Virus record (IMG/VR): IMGVR_UViG_3300028841_000327
Length of the DNA stretch: 64,000 bases
Source of the DNA: a virus
Direction: 5' to 3' (one strand)
Position numbers and translations under genes: made by a program. Shown here piece by piece: positions 1 through 8,573 of the stretch. The notes below the pieces were generated by a model that did no database searches, was not told the DNA's origin, and worked only from the letters and a program-made list of their open reading frames with translations. How positions within the stretch are numbered: the stretch's first letter is position 1; every line of letters begins with the position of its first letter.

Positions 1-4
1 TGCG

Positions 5-1243
5 ATGGAGATCGGCAAGCTCCTGCGCACGGGCGGGTACGCGCCCGCGCCCAACGTGCTCACGTACGCGAACGCGGTCGACGTGGTCACGCACGAGAGC
101 GGCAAGCCATTCGCGATCGACTGGTGCTTGCAGGAGCAGGCGGCCGGGCGCGCGGTGCTCATCCCCACGAGCATGTACCAGGGCAAGCTCCCGAAGCCCG
201 GCTACCCCTCGAGTCTCATCTCCGTCCCACCCGAGCGCGTGGGGGAGGCGACCAAGAGCGGCCTGTTCGTGCGGCTGCCCGATGCCTCGGTGAAAGCGGC
301 GACCTCCACGGGGGACGACGGCGCGGTGTCCGAACTCACGCCCGAGGAGGCGCGCCTGCTCACGCCCGCGTGGGCGGACACGGACTTCGTGCAGCTCATC
401 GAGGTGTGCAAGGACATCCGGTGCAAGCCCGAGGACTTGCTGCTCGTCCTCTGCTCGGAGTCGAACCTGCGCCCGGACGCTCGCAACCCCAAGGACATGA
501 AGGTCCAGTGGCCGTTCGCCGTCGGGCTGAACCAGCTGACGTTCGACGCCCTGGTGATGCTCGGCCGCTTCACACCCGACCAGCGCGGGGAGTGGCCGCC
601 CGTCGCCCAGCAGATCCTCGACACGCCCGTGGGGGCGCAGCTCGAGATGGTGCGCCAGTATTTCAACGCGACCCCGTGGGGAAAGGACGGGCACGAGTGG
701 ACCTCTGCCGCCAAGCTCTACCAGGCGAACGCGGCCCCCTCGACGCTCTACACCGGGGACGCGATGACCTCGGTCATCTACCCCGAGGGGTCGAAGTCGT
801 ACGACCTCAACAAGGGCCTGGACGTCAACGGCGACGGGCAGGTGACCCTCGGCGACCTCGCGGGCGCGGTGAACTACTACAAGGGCACCCCGCTCTACAA
901 GGCGGCCGTCCTACGCCTGAACGAAGCTCGAGCCCGCCTCGGGATGAGCAGCTCGAGCACGAGCGGTGTCTCCTACAACGCCGCGCGCCACGCCAAGGCG
1001 CTGGTGTTGCAGCACGCGCACCGGATGCCCTGGCTGCGGTCGGTCTCCATCCGGCCGACGGTGGGTGGGCACGCGCTCGCGATCGCCACGGCCCCTGGCT
1101 ACGAGCTGCACCTGCCCGTGGTCCAAGGCGTGCCGGTCATCGCTGCGGGCGCGCCCGCGCGCGCGTCCGCCCCGCGCGAACCCAGCACGATGTGGGTCCT
1201 GATGCGCGACGGTTCGTGTGTCCCCGTCCCCCTCTCGGAGTAG
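5..1243 (+). CDS. Lytic transglycosylase/lysozyme-like peptidoglycan hydrolase
   Basis: SLT-like SESNLRPDARNP...AVGLNQL and C-terminal NKGLDVNGDGQVTLGDL motifs. Confidence 0.6.
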   Translation: MEIGKLLRTGGYAPAPNVLTYANAVDVVTHESGKPFAIDWCLQEQAAGRAVLIPTSMYQGKLPKPGYPSSLISVPPERVGEATKSGLFVRLPDASVKAATSTGDDGAVSELTPEEARLLTPAWADTDFVQLIEVCKDIRCKPEDLLLVLCSESNLRPDARNPKDMKVQWPFAVGLNQLTFDALVMLGRFTPDQRGEWPPVAQQILDTPVGAQLEMVRQYFNATPWGKDGHEWTSAAKLYQANAAPSTLYTGDAMTSVIYPEGSKSYDLNKGLDVNGDGQVTLGDLAGAVNYYKGTPLYKAAVLRLNEARARLGMSSSSTSGVSYNAARHAKALVLQHAHRMPWLRSVSIRPTVGGHALAIATAPGYELHLPVVQGVPVIAAGAPARASAPREPSTMWVLMRDGSCVPVPLSE

Positions 1244-1244
1244 C

Positions 1245-1991
1245 ATGCCCCCCTTCCAGTCCCCCGCGTTCGCCCGCACCCCCGCCCCCACCCGCTCGCG
1301 CGCGCCCGCGCCCGCGAGCTCGCCCGTGCTCATGCGCGCGCCCACGCCCATGTCGGCGTGCGTGTTCACCCGGGTGGACGCGAGCCCCCTCGAGACGCAC
1401 GGGGCGCTGACGCTGCTCCATTGGGTCAACCGCGGTCCGACCGACGCGATGATCCAGTACGTGCAGGGCGAGGGCGCCTTGGTGGTGAGCGTGGAGGTCA
1501 ACGGCCACGCGATCCGCTCGAGCACCGAGGGCGACGCCCGGATGCGCTTCGACGACAAGATGCCGGTCGTCCCTCCCCAGGGAGAGGTCCGCATCATGGT
1601 CAAGCGCGTGAGCGCCTCGAGCGCGCCCGGGGCGCAGCTCGGGGTGTTCGGTGCCTCGCTCCCCCGCACGGGCGGCGCGCACACGGGCGGGGGCCTGGAC
1701 GCCCCCGCGTACGCGGGCGCAGACGCGACCCCGGTCGCGACACCGTTCCTCGACACCGTGAAGCTGGTGGCGATCGCCGGCCTCGTGGGCGCGGGCGCGG
1801 GCGCGCTCGGGACGTACCTGCTCATGCGCAAGAAGGCGCAGCAGGCCAACACGGCGATGGGCGCTCGGCTGCTCGAGTGCGCCGAGAGGGAGCAGGATGG
1901 CCGCCACTACTGGAAGAAGCAGGGGTTCGACGAAGGGTTCGCCGAAGGGGTGCTGGCCGAGTCCATGAGCCCACGGCGGGGGATGCGATGA
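1245..1991 (+). CDS. Hypothetical protein with C-terminal TM helix
   Basis: ORF coupled to the previous gene; hydrophobic GLVGAGAGALGTYLLM followed by RKK. Confidence 0.55.
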   Translation: MPPFQSPAFARTPAPTRSRAPAPASSPVLMRAPTPMSACVFTRVDASPLETHGALTLLHWVNRGPTDAMIQYVQGEGALVVSVEVNGHAIRSSTEGDARMRFDDKMPVVPPQGEVRIMVKRVSASSAPGAQLGVFGASLPRTGGAHTGGGLDAPAYAGADATPVATPFLDTVKLVAIAGLVGAGAGALGTYLLMRKKAQQANTAMGARLLECAEREQDGRHYWKKQGFDEGFAEGVLAESMSPRRGMR

Positions 1992-2485
1992 GCTACGGCA
2001 ACTGCCCGACCTGCAACGAGCCCGGCGTCACCACGTGTCGCTGCCGCGCGGGCGACACCCGCTGCAAGAACGGTCACCACTGGCACCGCTTCAACGGCGA
2101 GATCCACTTCGGCCCGTGGGACCACGGCAAGGACCCGACGAACGCTCACTCGCACGCGGCGTGCGTGCGCGCCCACGCGCGCGAGCGCCTGCACACGGGC
2201 GCTGACGTGGCCACCGCGCTGCCCCCGGTCGCGTCCAGCCAACCCGTTCCTGTCGCGCCAGCCCCCGCCGTCCAGTCGGGGCCTGGCATGGTCGCGAAGG
2301 CGATGGACGTGCTCTGGATGGGATGCTTCGTCGCGGTGCCGGTCGGTGGCGTCATGTACCTGGCGGGCAGGAAGGAACTCGGCAAGAAGGTGGCGAAGGT
2401 CGGAGCGATCGGTGCTCTCGCTCCGGTCGCTGTGGCGGTGGGGTACGTCTCTCTCTGGGCTCTGTCAGGGATGGTGAAGAAATGA
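1988..2485 (+). CDS. Hypothetical membrane protein with N-terminal Cys/His cluster
   Basis: ATGA overlap; CPTC..CRC..C..HHWH; two TM segments. Confidence 0.55.
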   Translation: MSYGNCPTCNEPGVTTCRCRAGDTRCKNGHHWHRFNGEIHFGPWDHGKDPTNAHSHAACVRAHARERLHTGADVATALPPVASSQPVPVAPAPAVQSGPGMVAKAMDVLWMGCFVAVPVGGVMYLAGRKELGKKVAKVGAIGALAPVAVAVGYVSLWALSGMVKK

Positions 2486-3171
2486 AGGCGCTGTCGCTGC
2501 TGCTGATCCTCGCCACGGTCCTCTGTGGCTGCCACCCCTGCTCGCCCACGCCCGGGCCCACGCGCGCGGACGCGCCTGCGCCCGACGCGAGCGCGGACAC
2601 GGCCGTGGGCACGAGCGTGACGGTGGAGAACGCTACGGCCAAGGACACCGTGGTGTTCCTGGCGTTCGGTTCGGACTCGGTCGTCCTGCCGTCCTCGTGG
2701 ACGTTCTGCCCCCCGAGCTCGACCCTCACCTGTTCCTTCCCCTTGAAGGCGAAGACGAAGCAGGCGCTGCCCACGGGAGGGAGCTACCTGAACGTCACCA
2801 TCAGCTTCGACAGCCCGGTGACCTGTGGCACGACGAAGGCCGAGGTGAACGCCAACAACCCGAGCTGGTACGACGTGACCGACATCTCCCTGGTCGACGG
2901 CTTCTCGAACTTCATCGTCGTCGACGCGAACGGGACGAAGCTCTTCACGCGCGGCAAGTCGAACAACGAGAAGTCGTTCGGCGTCTACCCGCTGGGCTGT
3001 GACGCCTGCACCTCTCGGCTCAAGCCGCCGTGCGGGTTCCCCGCGGGCACCACGACCGGCTGCAAGACGGGCACCCAGTACAAGCCGGATGTCCCGTGCC
3101 AGTACCAGGGTCCGACCAAGGGTGGTGGCGGTTCCATCGTCGTCGCACTGGTGCAGCCCGAGCCGGCCTGA
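2482..3171 (+). CDS. Cys-rich lipoprotein, thaumatin-like
   Basis: Signal peptide with lipobox LCGC; TKAEVN...YDVTDISLVDGFSN resembles the thaumatin YDVSLVDGFN motif. Confidence 0.5.
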   Translation: MKALSLLLILATVLCGCHPCSPTPGPTRADAPAPDASADTAVGTSVTVENATAKDTVVFLAFGSDSVVLPSSWTFCPPSSTLTCSFPLKAKTKQALPTGGSYLNVTISFDSPVTCGTTKAEVNANNPSWYDVTDISLVDGFSNFIVVDANGTKLFTRGKSNNEKSFGVYPLGCDACTSRLKPPCGFPAGTTTGCKTGTQYKPDVPCQYQGPTKGGGGSIVVALVQPEPA

Positions 3172-3182
3172 CCGTCCGCGCG

Positions 3183-3211
3183 TTGCCGCTCGGACATGGT
3201 CCGGGTATGGT
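3183..3211 (+). promoter_or_regulatory. sigma70-type promoter
   Basis: TTGCCG-17-TATGGT. Confidence 0.55.
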
Positions 3212-3217
3212 CTGTGT

Positions 3218-3478
3218 ATGAGCCTGTATCCGGACCAGATCATGCCCGGCAGCGGTTACGACCACCCCGCCTACTTCGACGAGGGCATGTTCGTCATGGT
3301 GCCATGCACGAAGGCGCATGCCGAGGCGATCGGTGCGGGCGATCGCTGGAGCGCGACGTGCGGCATCCGGTGCAAGGTGGTGGTCGCCGCGGGTGAGCAC
3401 GCGCGCGTCGTGCACGAGCGCGCGGGAATCGATCGCTGGGTCTCGAAGTACGGGTGCCTGATCAAGGCGGCCGCCTGA
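3218..3478 (+). CDS. Hypothetical protein
   Basis: ORF directly after the promoter. Confidence 0.5.
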   Translation: MSLYPDQIMPGSGYDHPAYFDEGMFVMVPCTKAHAEAIGAGDRWSATCGIRCKVVVAAGEHARVVHERAGIDRWVSKYGCLIKAAA

Positions 3479-4029
3479 TGTCGGCCGAGGTGCACTTCTA
3501 CGTGTGCGGTCGGATGCTCGCGCGCGAGTACCAGATCGAGTTCGCGCCGTCGGTCATCGTGAGCATCACCGATCCGAAGAGCCACCCAGTGCGCTTCAAC
3601 GACGCGCCGCAGGCGAAGATCGTGCGGCTCGAGTTCCACGACTACTGCGACCAGATGCCCCAAGACGTGATCGACGGGCTCCTCAAGGACGGGCACCCGA
3701 CGCACCTGTTCGATCGGGCGGCCGCGAGGACGATCCTGGACGAGGTGCTGCCCGTGGTGATCGACGCGCCGCGCGGCCCGATGCTCATCGTGGTGCATTG
3801 CGAGGCGGGCCTCTCTCGTTCGGTGGGCGTCGCCCGCGCGCTCAGCCGCATCCTCGGCGACAACGACATCGAGACGGTCGTGCACGGGGTGCACGCAGAG
3901 AACACCGGCAACTCGAGGGTGGTGCGCGAGCTGCTCGAGGAAGCGGAGCGGCGCGGGGTGTACCGCAAGCCGTTCACGCAGGACCCGCCACTGTCGCTGC
4001 CGAAGCCCAAGTTGCGCTTCACGGATTGA
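3478..4029 (+). CDS. Protein tyrosine/dual-specificity phosphatase-like protein
   Basis: CX5R motif IVVHCEAGLSRS. Confidence 0.8.
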   Translation: MSAEVHFYVCGRMLAREYQIEFAPSVIVSITDPKSHPVRFNDAPQAKIVRLEFHDYCDQMPQDVIDGLLKDGHPTHLFDRAAARTILDEVLPVVIDAPRGPMLIVVHCEAGLSRSVGVARALSRILGDNDIETVVHGVHAENTGNSRVVRELLEEAERRGVYRKPFTQDPPLSLPKPKLRFTD

Positions 4030-4269
4030 GTCCGAAAAATAGTTCTTGACAGGTCGGCGATGCCCCATCATCGTGGGAGACAAGATGTTGTGCCCGTCAG
4101 CCACCAGCTCCATTCGCACCGCGGCCCACAGGGGTCACGGCGGCGTGTGGGCTGCGGTCGGCTATGCGGCGGAGTGCACCCAGGATCCCCGAGCCCCCTT
4201 CTTCGGGAATACGCGCAAGCCGGAGGAGGGATAGGGGCGGACCAAGACGAGCAGCAGCAAGCTCCGTTC

Positions 4270-4307
4270 GAGGCCGCCCAGGGAAACCCAGGCGGCCTTT
4301 CTCGTTT
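4270..4307 (+). terminator. Hairpin, possible intrinsic terminator or processing signal
   Basis: GAGGCCGCC...GGCGGCCTT followed by TCTCGTTT. Confidence 0.4.
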
Positions 4308-4311
4308 CTGA

Positions 4312-4387
4312 CCCGGTGAAGTTCGGCTGGGACCGATGGGTGGTTGTAACCCACTCGGCTAGTCAGGTTCGATTCCTGGCACCGGGA
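4312..4387 (+). tRNA. tRNA-Tyr(GTA)-like, short variable loop
   Basis: CCCGGTG/CACCGGG acceptor, loop TTGTAAC, T-arm TTCGATT. Confidence 0.6.
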
Positions 4388-4432
4388 CGAAAGGCATCAG
4401 ATGAAGCGCAAACCAACAAGCCGCATCGACGA

Positions 4433-4504
4433 GGAGGCGTAGTGTAGCGGCTGCACAGTGGGCTTTTACCCCATCAGGCGAGAGTTCGATCCTCTCCGCC
4501 TCCA
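4433..4504 (+). tRNA. tRNA-Lys(TTT)
   Basis: Cloverleaf, loop CTTTTAC. Confidence 0.85.
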
Positions 4505-4512
4505 CGGCACAC

Positions 4513-4585
4513 GGGTCCGAGGTGTAATGGTCGGCATAGCGAGCTCTTACCTCGACAGGAGGGGGTTCAATTCCCCCCGGACCCA
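4513..4585 (+). tRNA. tRNA-Lys(CTT)
   Basis: Cloverleaf, loop CTCTTAC. Confidence 0.85.
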
Positions 4586-4592
4586 CGATCAT

Positions 4593-4667
4593 TGGGGATT
4601 CGCCAAACGGCTAAGGCACCGGTTTCTGAGTCCGGCACTGGTGGTTCGAGTCCACCATCCCCAACCA
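4593..4667 (+). tRNA. tRNA-Gln(CTG)
   Basis: Cloverleaf, loop TTCTGAG, CCA encoded. Confidence 0.9.
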
Positions 4668-4741
4668 CTCCCGCAAGGGAACCTGCTCTCTGACAACCTG
4701 AACTTTCATCCGATCGGCGTTGCAAGCGCCGCTCGGAAACT

Positions 4742-4818
4742 GTGGCCCTCGCACCTCTGGTGAGTGCAACCGGCTGTTAACCGGTCCAAGCAGGGTTCGA
4801 TCCCCTGGGGCTACGCCA
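4742..4818 (+). tRNA. tRNA-Asn(GTT)
   Basis: Cloverleaf, loop CTGTTAA, CCA encoded. Confidence 0.85.
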
Positions 4819-4819
4819 C

Positions 4820-4894
4820 GTCCCCTACGCCTACATGGTGAGGTGCCGCTTTCGTACTGCGGAGAAGCCGGTTCGATTCCGGCAGGGGGCTCTA
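4820..4894 (+). tRNA. tRNA-Thr(CGT)
   Basis: Cloverleaf, loop TTCGTAC. Confidence 0.75.
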
Positions 4895-4897
4895 CAC

Positions 4898-4971
4898 GGT
4901 CCGGAGGCGCAACGGGTTGCGCGCTTGGTTGAAACCCAGGAGGAGTCGGTTCGAGTCCGACCTGGACCACC
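4898..4971 (+). tRNA. tRNA-Phe(GAA)
   Basis: Cloverleaf, loop TTGAAAC. Confidence 0.85.
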
Positions 4972-5042
4972 GGGGTGTCGCACAGCGGTAGTGCTCGTGC
5001 TTTGGGTGCACGATGTTGCTGGTTCGATTCCAGTCACCCCGA
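4971..5042 (+). tRNA. tRNA-Pro(TGG)
   Basis: CGGGGTG/CACCCCG, loop TTTGGGT. Confidence 0.85.
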
Positions 5043-5049
5043 CGATCAT

Positions 5050-5126
5050 GGTGGTGTGAGGGAGCAAGAGAACCCGGCCGATTGTGGATCGGTCTTCGAC
5101 GGGGGCAGTACCCGTACACCACCCCA
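5050..5126 (+). tRNA. tRNA-His(GTG), variant T-loop GGCAGTA
   Basis: G-1/C73, loop TTGTGGA. Confidence 0.75.
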
Positions 5127-5128
5127 AC

Positions 5129-5199
5129 GTCCTTGCCGAAGGTCGGCGCTGGCACTCCTAAGGCCAAGCGACGCGGTTCGATTCCGCGCAGGGACGCCA
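5129..5199 (+). tRNA. tRNA-Arg(CCT), reduced D-arm
   Basis: Loop CTCCTAA, T-arm, CCA. Confidence 0.7.
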
Positions 5200-5200
5200 T

Positions 5201-5272
5201 GCCTCGTGATGCGACTGGGGTCGCAGGCCGCCTGTCTCGCGGTTGAGACGGGTTCAATCCCCGTACGAGGCG
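5201..5272 (+). tRNA. tRNA-Asp(GTC)
   Basis: Cloverleaf, loop CTGTCTC. Confidence 0.8.
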
Positions 5273-5348
5273 CTGGCTCCCGTGAGCCTCAACACGGGTG
5301 GTGCTCCGCCGGATCAGCACCGCGTGAAATCGCGACACCCCGGCCCAT

Positions 5349-5435
5349 GGAAGATGAATCGCTCAAGGGAGCGAGCCCGGTTGCTATCCGGTGCGGTGCT
5401 TCGGCACTGGGGTTCGAGCCCTCCGTCTTCCGCCA
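5349..5435 (+). tRNA. tRNA-Ser(GCT)
   Basis: Long variable arm, loop TTGCTAT, CCA. Confidence 0.85.
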
Positions 5436-5436
5436 C

Positions 5437-5508
5437 ACGGACGAGGCCATGGCGGCCGAGCGGTTTCCAACTCCGCGGGACCAGGTTCGATTCCTGGCGT
5501 CCGTGCCA
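5437..5508 (+). tRNA. tRNA-Gly(TCC), atypical D and anticodon arms
   Basis: Loop TTTCCAA, T-arm, CCA. Confidence 0.6.
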
Positions 5509-5597
5509 GCGCATGCCGAGGCTGCGTGACAGAGCGAGCGGCACCATCAAGGTCGCGAACGTGGGATCGCCAGCACGAGCCGCGCTCTGGTGATGAC

Positions 5598-5671
5598 GGG
5601 CTCGTAGCTTGAAGGGCAAGCACTTCGCTGGCAGCGAGGAGTCAGGGGTTCGATTCCCCTCGGGTCCACCA
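5598..5671 (+). tRNA. tRNA-Ala(GGC)
   Basis: G3:U70, loop CTGGCAG, CCA. Confidence 0.9.
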
Positions 5672-5676
5672 ACATC

Positions 5677-5758
5677 GCCGAGGTGGCGGAACGGCAGACG
5701 CAGCGAGCTCAAACCTCGCCGCCCACGTGGCATGCGGGTTCAACTCCCGCTCTCGGCA
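5677..5758 (+). tRNA. tRNA-Leu(CAA)
   Basis: Long variable arm, loop CTCAAAC. Confidence 0.9.
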
Positions 5759-5762
5759 CTTC

Positions 5763-5835
5763 GGGGAAGTCGTACAACGGAAGTACCACCGCTTTGCGAG
5801 CGGATGATGCCAGTTCGACTCTGGTCTTCTCCACC
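5763..5835 (+). tRNA. tRNA-Ala(TGC)
   Basis: G3:U70, loop TTTGCGA. Confidence 0.85.
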
Positions 5836-5897
5836 GCGACTTCGGTGAGCGGCCACGTGCGTTTCGCGCGTCGCTGCCTCATCGCTGTCGCGCTCCC

Positions 5898-5970
5898 GGG
5901 CTCGTAGCTTGAAGGGCAAGCACCTCGTTCGCAATGAGGAGTTGGGGGTTCGATTCCCCTCGAGTCCACC
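5898..5970 (+). tRNA. tRNA-Ala(CGC)
   Basis: Near-duplicate of the tRNA at 5598; loop TTCGCAA. Confidence 0.85.
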
Positions 5971-6044
5971 CAGCTGGCGTGACCACTTCGTTCGCGGGCG
6001 CCAACGTGCCGAAGAGCGGAGTGGTGGCGTCAGCTGGACCACAT

Positions 6045-6119
6045 GCCGGTCAGGTCCCCGTGGGGGGGCGCGTCCTTGGTACGGACGAGGGGCGGGTTCG
6101 ACTCCCGCGACTGGCTCAA
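6045..6119 (+). tRNA. tRNA-Thr(GGT)
   Basis: GCCGGTC/GACTGGC, loop TTGGTAC. Confidence 0.7.
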
Positions 6120-6290
6120 GCCACAATGCCGGGATGATAAGGCCTCGGTAAGCCTTGTGCGTTAGCGAAGTGGAAACGCACGCCGTCACCCGCGTCACGG
6201 AGCCCCAGGCGCGGGGATGGGGGTTCAACCCCTCGTTGGGTGGCTACGTGCCCTTCACGAGCCGGTCTGCGGACGCGCAGACCGTTCCCT

Positions 6291-6362
6291 GCGGGTGCGG
6301 CGCGATGGTCGCGCGCGGGCCTTCCAAGCCCTGAGGTGCCGGTTCGAGTCCGGTCACTCGCT
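6291..6362 (+). tRNA. tRNA-Gly(TCC)
   Basis: Cloverleaf, loop CTTCCAA. Confidence 0.85.
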
Positions 6363-6376
6363 CTGATGTTGGTCAC

Positions 6377-6406
6377 TTGACGGCATGGCCCGCACATGGG
6401 TAACTT
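6377..6406 (+). promoter_or_regulatory. sigma70-type promoter with spacer motif
   Basis: TTGACG-18-TAACTT. Confidence 0.55.
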
Positions 6407-6411
6407 CGGGC

Positions 6412-7005
6412 ATGTCCGAACCGAAGGTCCTGGGAGAAGTCATCGGCGACGCCATGGAGAAGATGGACGCTCCGGCGGACGTCATCGCCGGGATCCGAGC
6501 TGCGGCACAGCGGCACAGCCTGCCTCAGCGGCACTGCCCGCCTCACGCGACCGCGTGCGTGGTGCTGGTGCAGAAGGAAGGTGACCCGTCGGTCTGGATC
6601 GCCAAGGATCTCGCGCGGCCGTTCCGGATGGAGCGGGTCGTCCTCACGCTCAAGGTGGCTCGAGCGGCGCTGACGGGCAGCGAGTGGCTCGAGCAGATCA
6701 TGGTCGGCAAGACGGCGGTGCTGGCGGCCCCGTTGCCGCTCAGGGTCGTCGCAGGCCCGACGGACGAGATCAAGAGTCGCCTCACGCAGCAGGAGCTGGA
6801 GCTGGCGGCCGAGGGCCCCACCCAGCGGTGGCTCGAGGTCGCTGCGGAGGTCGATGCGGAGGTGGGCGCGATGCTGGGGGCGCTGATCGGTGGAGAAGAC
6901 TGGGCCGAGAAGGGGGACTCCATCGAGTTCCACTTCGACCCAGCATCCGCGTTGCAGATCGAGAACATGGCGCTGTTCGGCGCCGCAGTGGTGAAGGAGA
7001 GTTGA
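6412..7005 (+). CDS. Hypothetical protein
   Basis: ORF between tRNA clusters. Confidence 0.6.
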   Translation: MSEPKVLGEVIGDAMEKMDAPADVIAGIRAAAQRHSLPQRHCPPHATACVVLVQKEGDPSVWIAKDLARPFRMERVVLTLKVARAALTGSEWLEQIMVGKTAVLAAPLPLRVVAGPTDEIKSRLTQQELELAAEGPTQRWLEVAAEVDAEVGAMLGALIGGEDWAEKGDSIEFHFDPASALQIENMALFGAAVVKES

Positions 7006-7007
7006 CT

Positions 7008-7093
7008 GGAGGGTAATGCTCAGTGGCGGGCAACCGGTCTCGAAAACCGGGTCACGGTGAAACGTGGGGGTTCGACTCCTCTACCCTCCGCAA
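7008..7093 (+). tRNA. tRNA-Ser(CGA)
   Basis: Long variable arm, loop CTCGAAA. Confidence 0.85.
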
Positions 7094-7094
7094 T

Positions 7095-7167
7095 GCGTGT
7101 GAGGCCGACTGGTGAGGCACTTCCTTGCCAAGGAAGGACAGGACGGGTTCGATTCCCGCCACACGCT
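7095..7167 (+). tRNA. tRNA-Gly(GCC)
   Basis: Cloverleaf, loop TTGCCAA. Confidence 0.85.
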
Positions 7168-7169
7168 CG

Positions 7170-7445
7170 ATGGCCAACAAGTCCGATGGGTTGCTGCGCG
7201 ACCTCGTGAACGTGCTCGACTCGATCGAGCGGTGCAAGAGCTGCCAGCACCTGCTCAACGAGGAGGCGGCCGACGAGTGCCACCACGGGTCGCTCGAGCG
7301 GGCGCTGGGTCGCGCGAGAACGCACCTGGCGAGCGGCGTCCTGCGCGAGCTCGCCCCGGTAGACTCCTCCACGCTGGACGAGGCTGGGCCTTCTAAGCCC
7401 GCGCCGCCGGGTTCGATTCCTGGGGAGGGGGCGACGCACCCATAG
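7170..7445 (+). CDS. Small hypothetical protein; 3' end overlaps tRNA-Arg
   Basis: ORF with phage-like codon use in its first two thirds. Confidence 0.4.
   Translation: MANKSDGLLRDLVNVLDSIERCKSCQHLLNEEAADECHHGSLERALGRARTHLASGVLRELAPVDSSTLDEAGPSKPAPPGSIPGEGATHP
7364..7431 (+). tRNA. tRNA-Arg(TCT), degenerate
   Basis: CTCCTCC/GGAGGGG, loop CTTCTAA, T-arm. Confidence 0.6.
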
Positions 7446-7512
7446 GCTAGGTGGTAAGGCCACGCGCCTTTCAAGCGCGGGATGCTGGGTTCGACTCCCG
7501 CTGGGTGCACAA
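7436..7512 (+). tRNA. tRNA-Glu(TTC)
   Basis: Cloverleaf, loop CTTTCAA. Confidence 0.85.
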
Positions 7513-7513
7513 C

Positions 7514-7586
7514 GACGTGGTGCTCCAGAGAGCGCCGCGGTCTGCAAAACCGCGTAGATGGGGTGCAACTCCCCTCCACGTCTCCA
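7514..7586 (+). tRNA. tRNA-Cys(GCA)
   Basis: Loop CTGCAAA, U73, CCA. Confidence 0.75.
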
Positions 7587-7587
7587 C

Positions 7588-7662
7588 GGTCCCGTCGGCT
7601 AAGGGTCAGGCCACCGCTCTCTCACAGCGGAAATGGGGGTTCGACTCCCCTCGGGATCGCCA
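7588..7662 (+). tRNA. tRNA-Glu(CTC)
   Basis: Cloverleaf, loop CTCTCAC, CCA. Confidence 0.9.
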
Positions 7663-7760
7663 GCTCCTGCTCCGGTGCAAGAGGCACCTACCAGGAACCG
7701 TTCGGCCGAGCGGTTCTTGGACCAGGTCCCGAGCAGGCATGGTCTGAACATGAGGCGGCG

Positions 7761-8357
7761 ATGGCCGTTTCCGTGGACAGCATGGCACCATTTGCCCCCA
7801 CCGGTGGATCCGGCGCCGACACTACGAATGTTGGTTGCGGTCGTTCAATTCGACCTGGGGGTGCTACGATGCCGGGGATGGCCACCATGCCCGCCACCCC
7901 CTCCGCTGCTCTCGCCAAGAAGCCGATCCCGTGGGGGACCATCGCCCTCGTGGGTGGGTTCGCCGTCGGTGGCATCGTGCTCTACCGGGCCTACAAGAAG
8001 AAGCAGGCCGCTGGCCTCGGTGCGGCCGCCGTGCCGCCGAAGAAGAAGGTGACCACGGTGCCGACGGTCTCGCTGCCCAAGCCGAGCAAGCTGCCGGGTG
8101 GGGTGACGACGTCGCCGGGCGCCGAGCCAGTGCGGCCCCCGGGTGCGTACGGCCCGAGCCCCTCGAGCACGTCGGATGGCGCCGACGACTACAACGCCGG
8201 TGCGCAGGTGGGGCGTGCGGACGGCCTCGCGGCGATCGCGACGCTGAGCATCGACCCGTCGGCGAACCCGAGCGACCTCATGGTCCACTACGACACCGAC
8301 CAGTCCGATGCCTGGAAGAAGGGCTACAAGACGGCGTTCAACAACGCGATCGGCTGA
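7761..8357 (+). CDS. Membrane-anchored Pro-rich hypothetical protein
   Basis: TM WGTIALVGGFAVGGIVLY followed by KKK. Confidence 0.55.
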   Translation: MAVSVDSMAPFAPTGGSGADTTNVGCGRSIRPGGATMPGMATMPATPSAALAKKPIPWGTIALVGGFAVGGIVLYRAYKKKQAAGLGAAAVPPKKKVTTVPTVSLPKPSKLPGGVTTSPGAEPVRPPGAYGPSPSSTSDGADDYNAGAQVGRADGLAAIATLSIDPSANPSDLMVHYDTDQSDAWKKGYKTAFNNAIG

Positions 8358-8359
8358 GA

Positions 8360-8431
8360 CCCCCGTCCAGCGGCTCTGGCGCCGACCCTCCGAAGGTCGG
8401 GTAGGTGGTTCAACTCCACCACGGGGGGCCG
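8360..8431 (+). tRNA. tRNA-Arg(CCG), reduced D-arm
   Basis: Loop CTCCGAA, T-arm. Confidence 0.7.
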
Positions 8432-8501
8432 CAGGGAAGCCAAGAGGCTGGCTGGGGCCCATAACCCCGGCGACCAGGGGCAGTACCTGGCCCTGCATCC
8501 A
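8430..8501 (+). tRNA. Initiator-like tRNA-Met(CAT), variant T-loop GGCAGTA
   Basis: C1:A72 mismatch, GGG/CCC anticodon stem, loop CCCATAA. Confidence 0.7.
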
Positions 8502-8502
8502 C

Positions 8503-8573
8503 GGCTGCGTGTCTCGGAGACGGGCGCTCCTCATAAGGGTGACCACGAGGGTTCGACTCCCTTCGCAGCCACT
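8503..8573 (+). tRNA. tRNA-Met/Ile2(CAT), reduced D-arm
   Basis: Loop CTCATAA, T-arm. Confidence 0.7.

Noticed and set aside
4080-4260. Permuted tmRNA (CCCGTCAGCCACCA ... GGGGCGGA)
   Set aside because: No T-arm, no GGATTCGAC-like 5' motif and no tag ORF; only a long hairpin at ~4118-4160 is evident.
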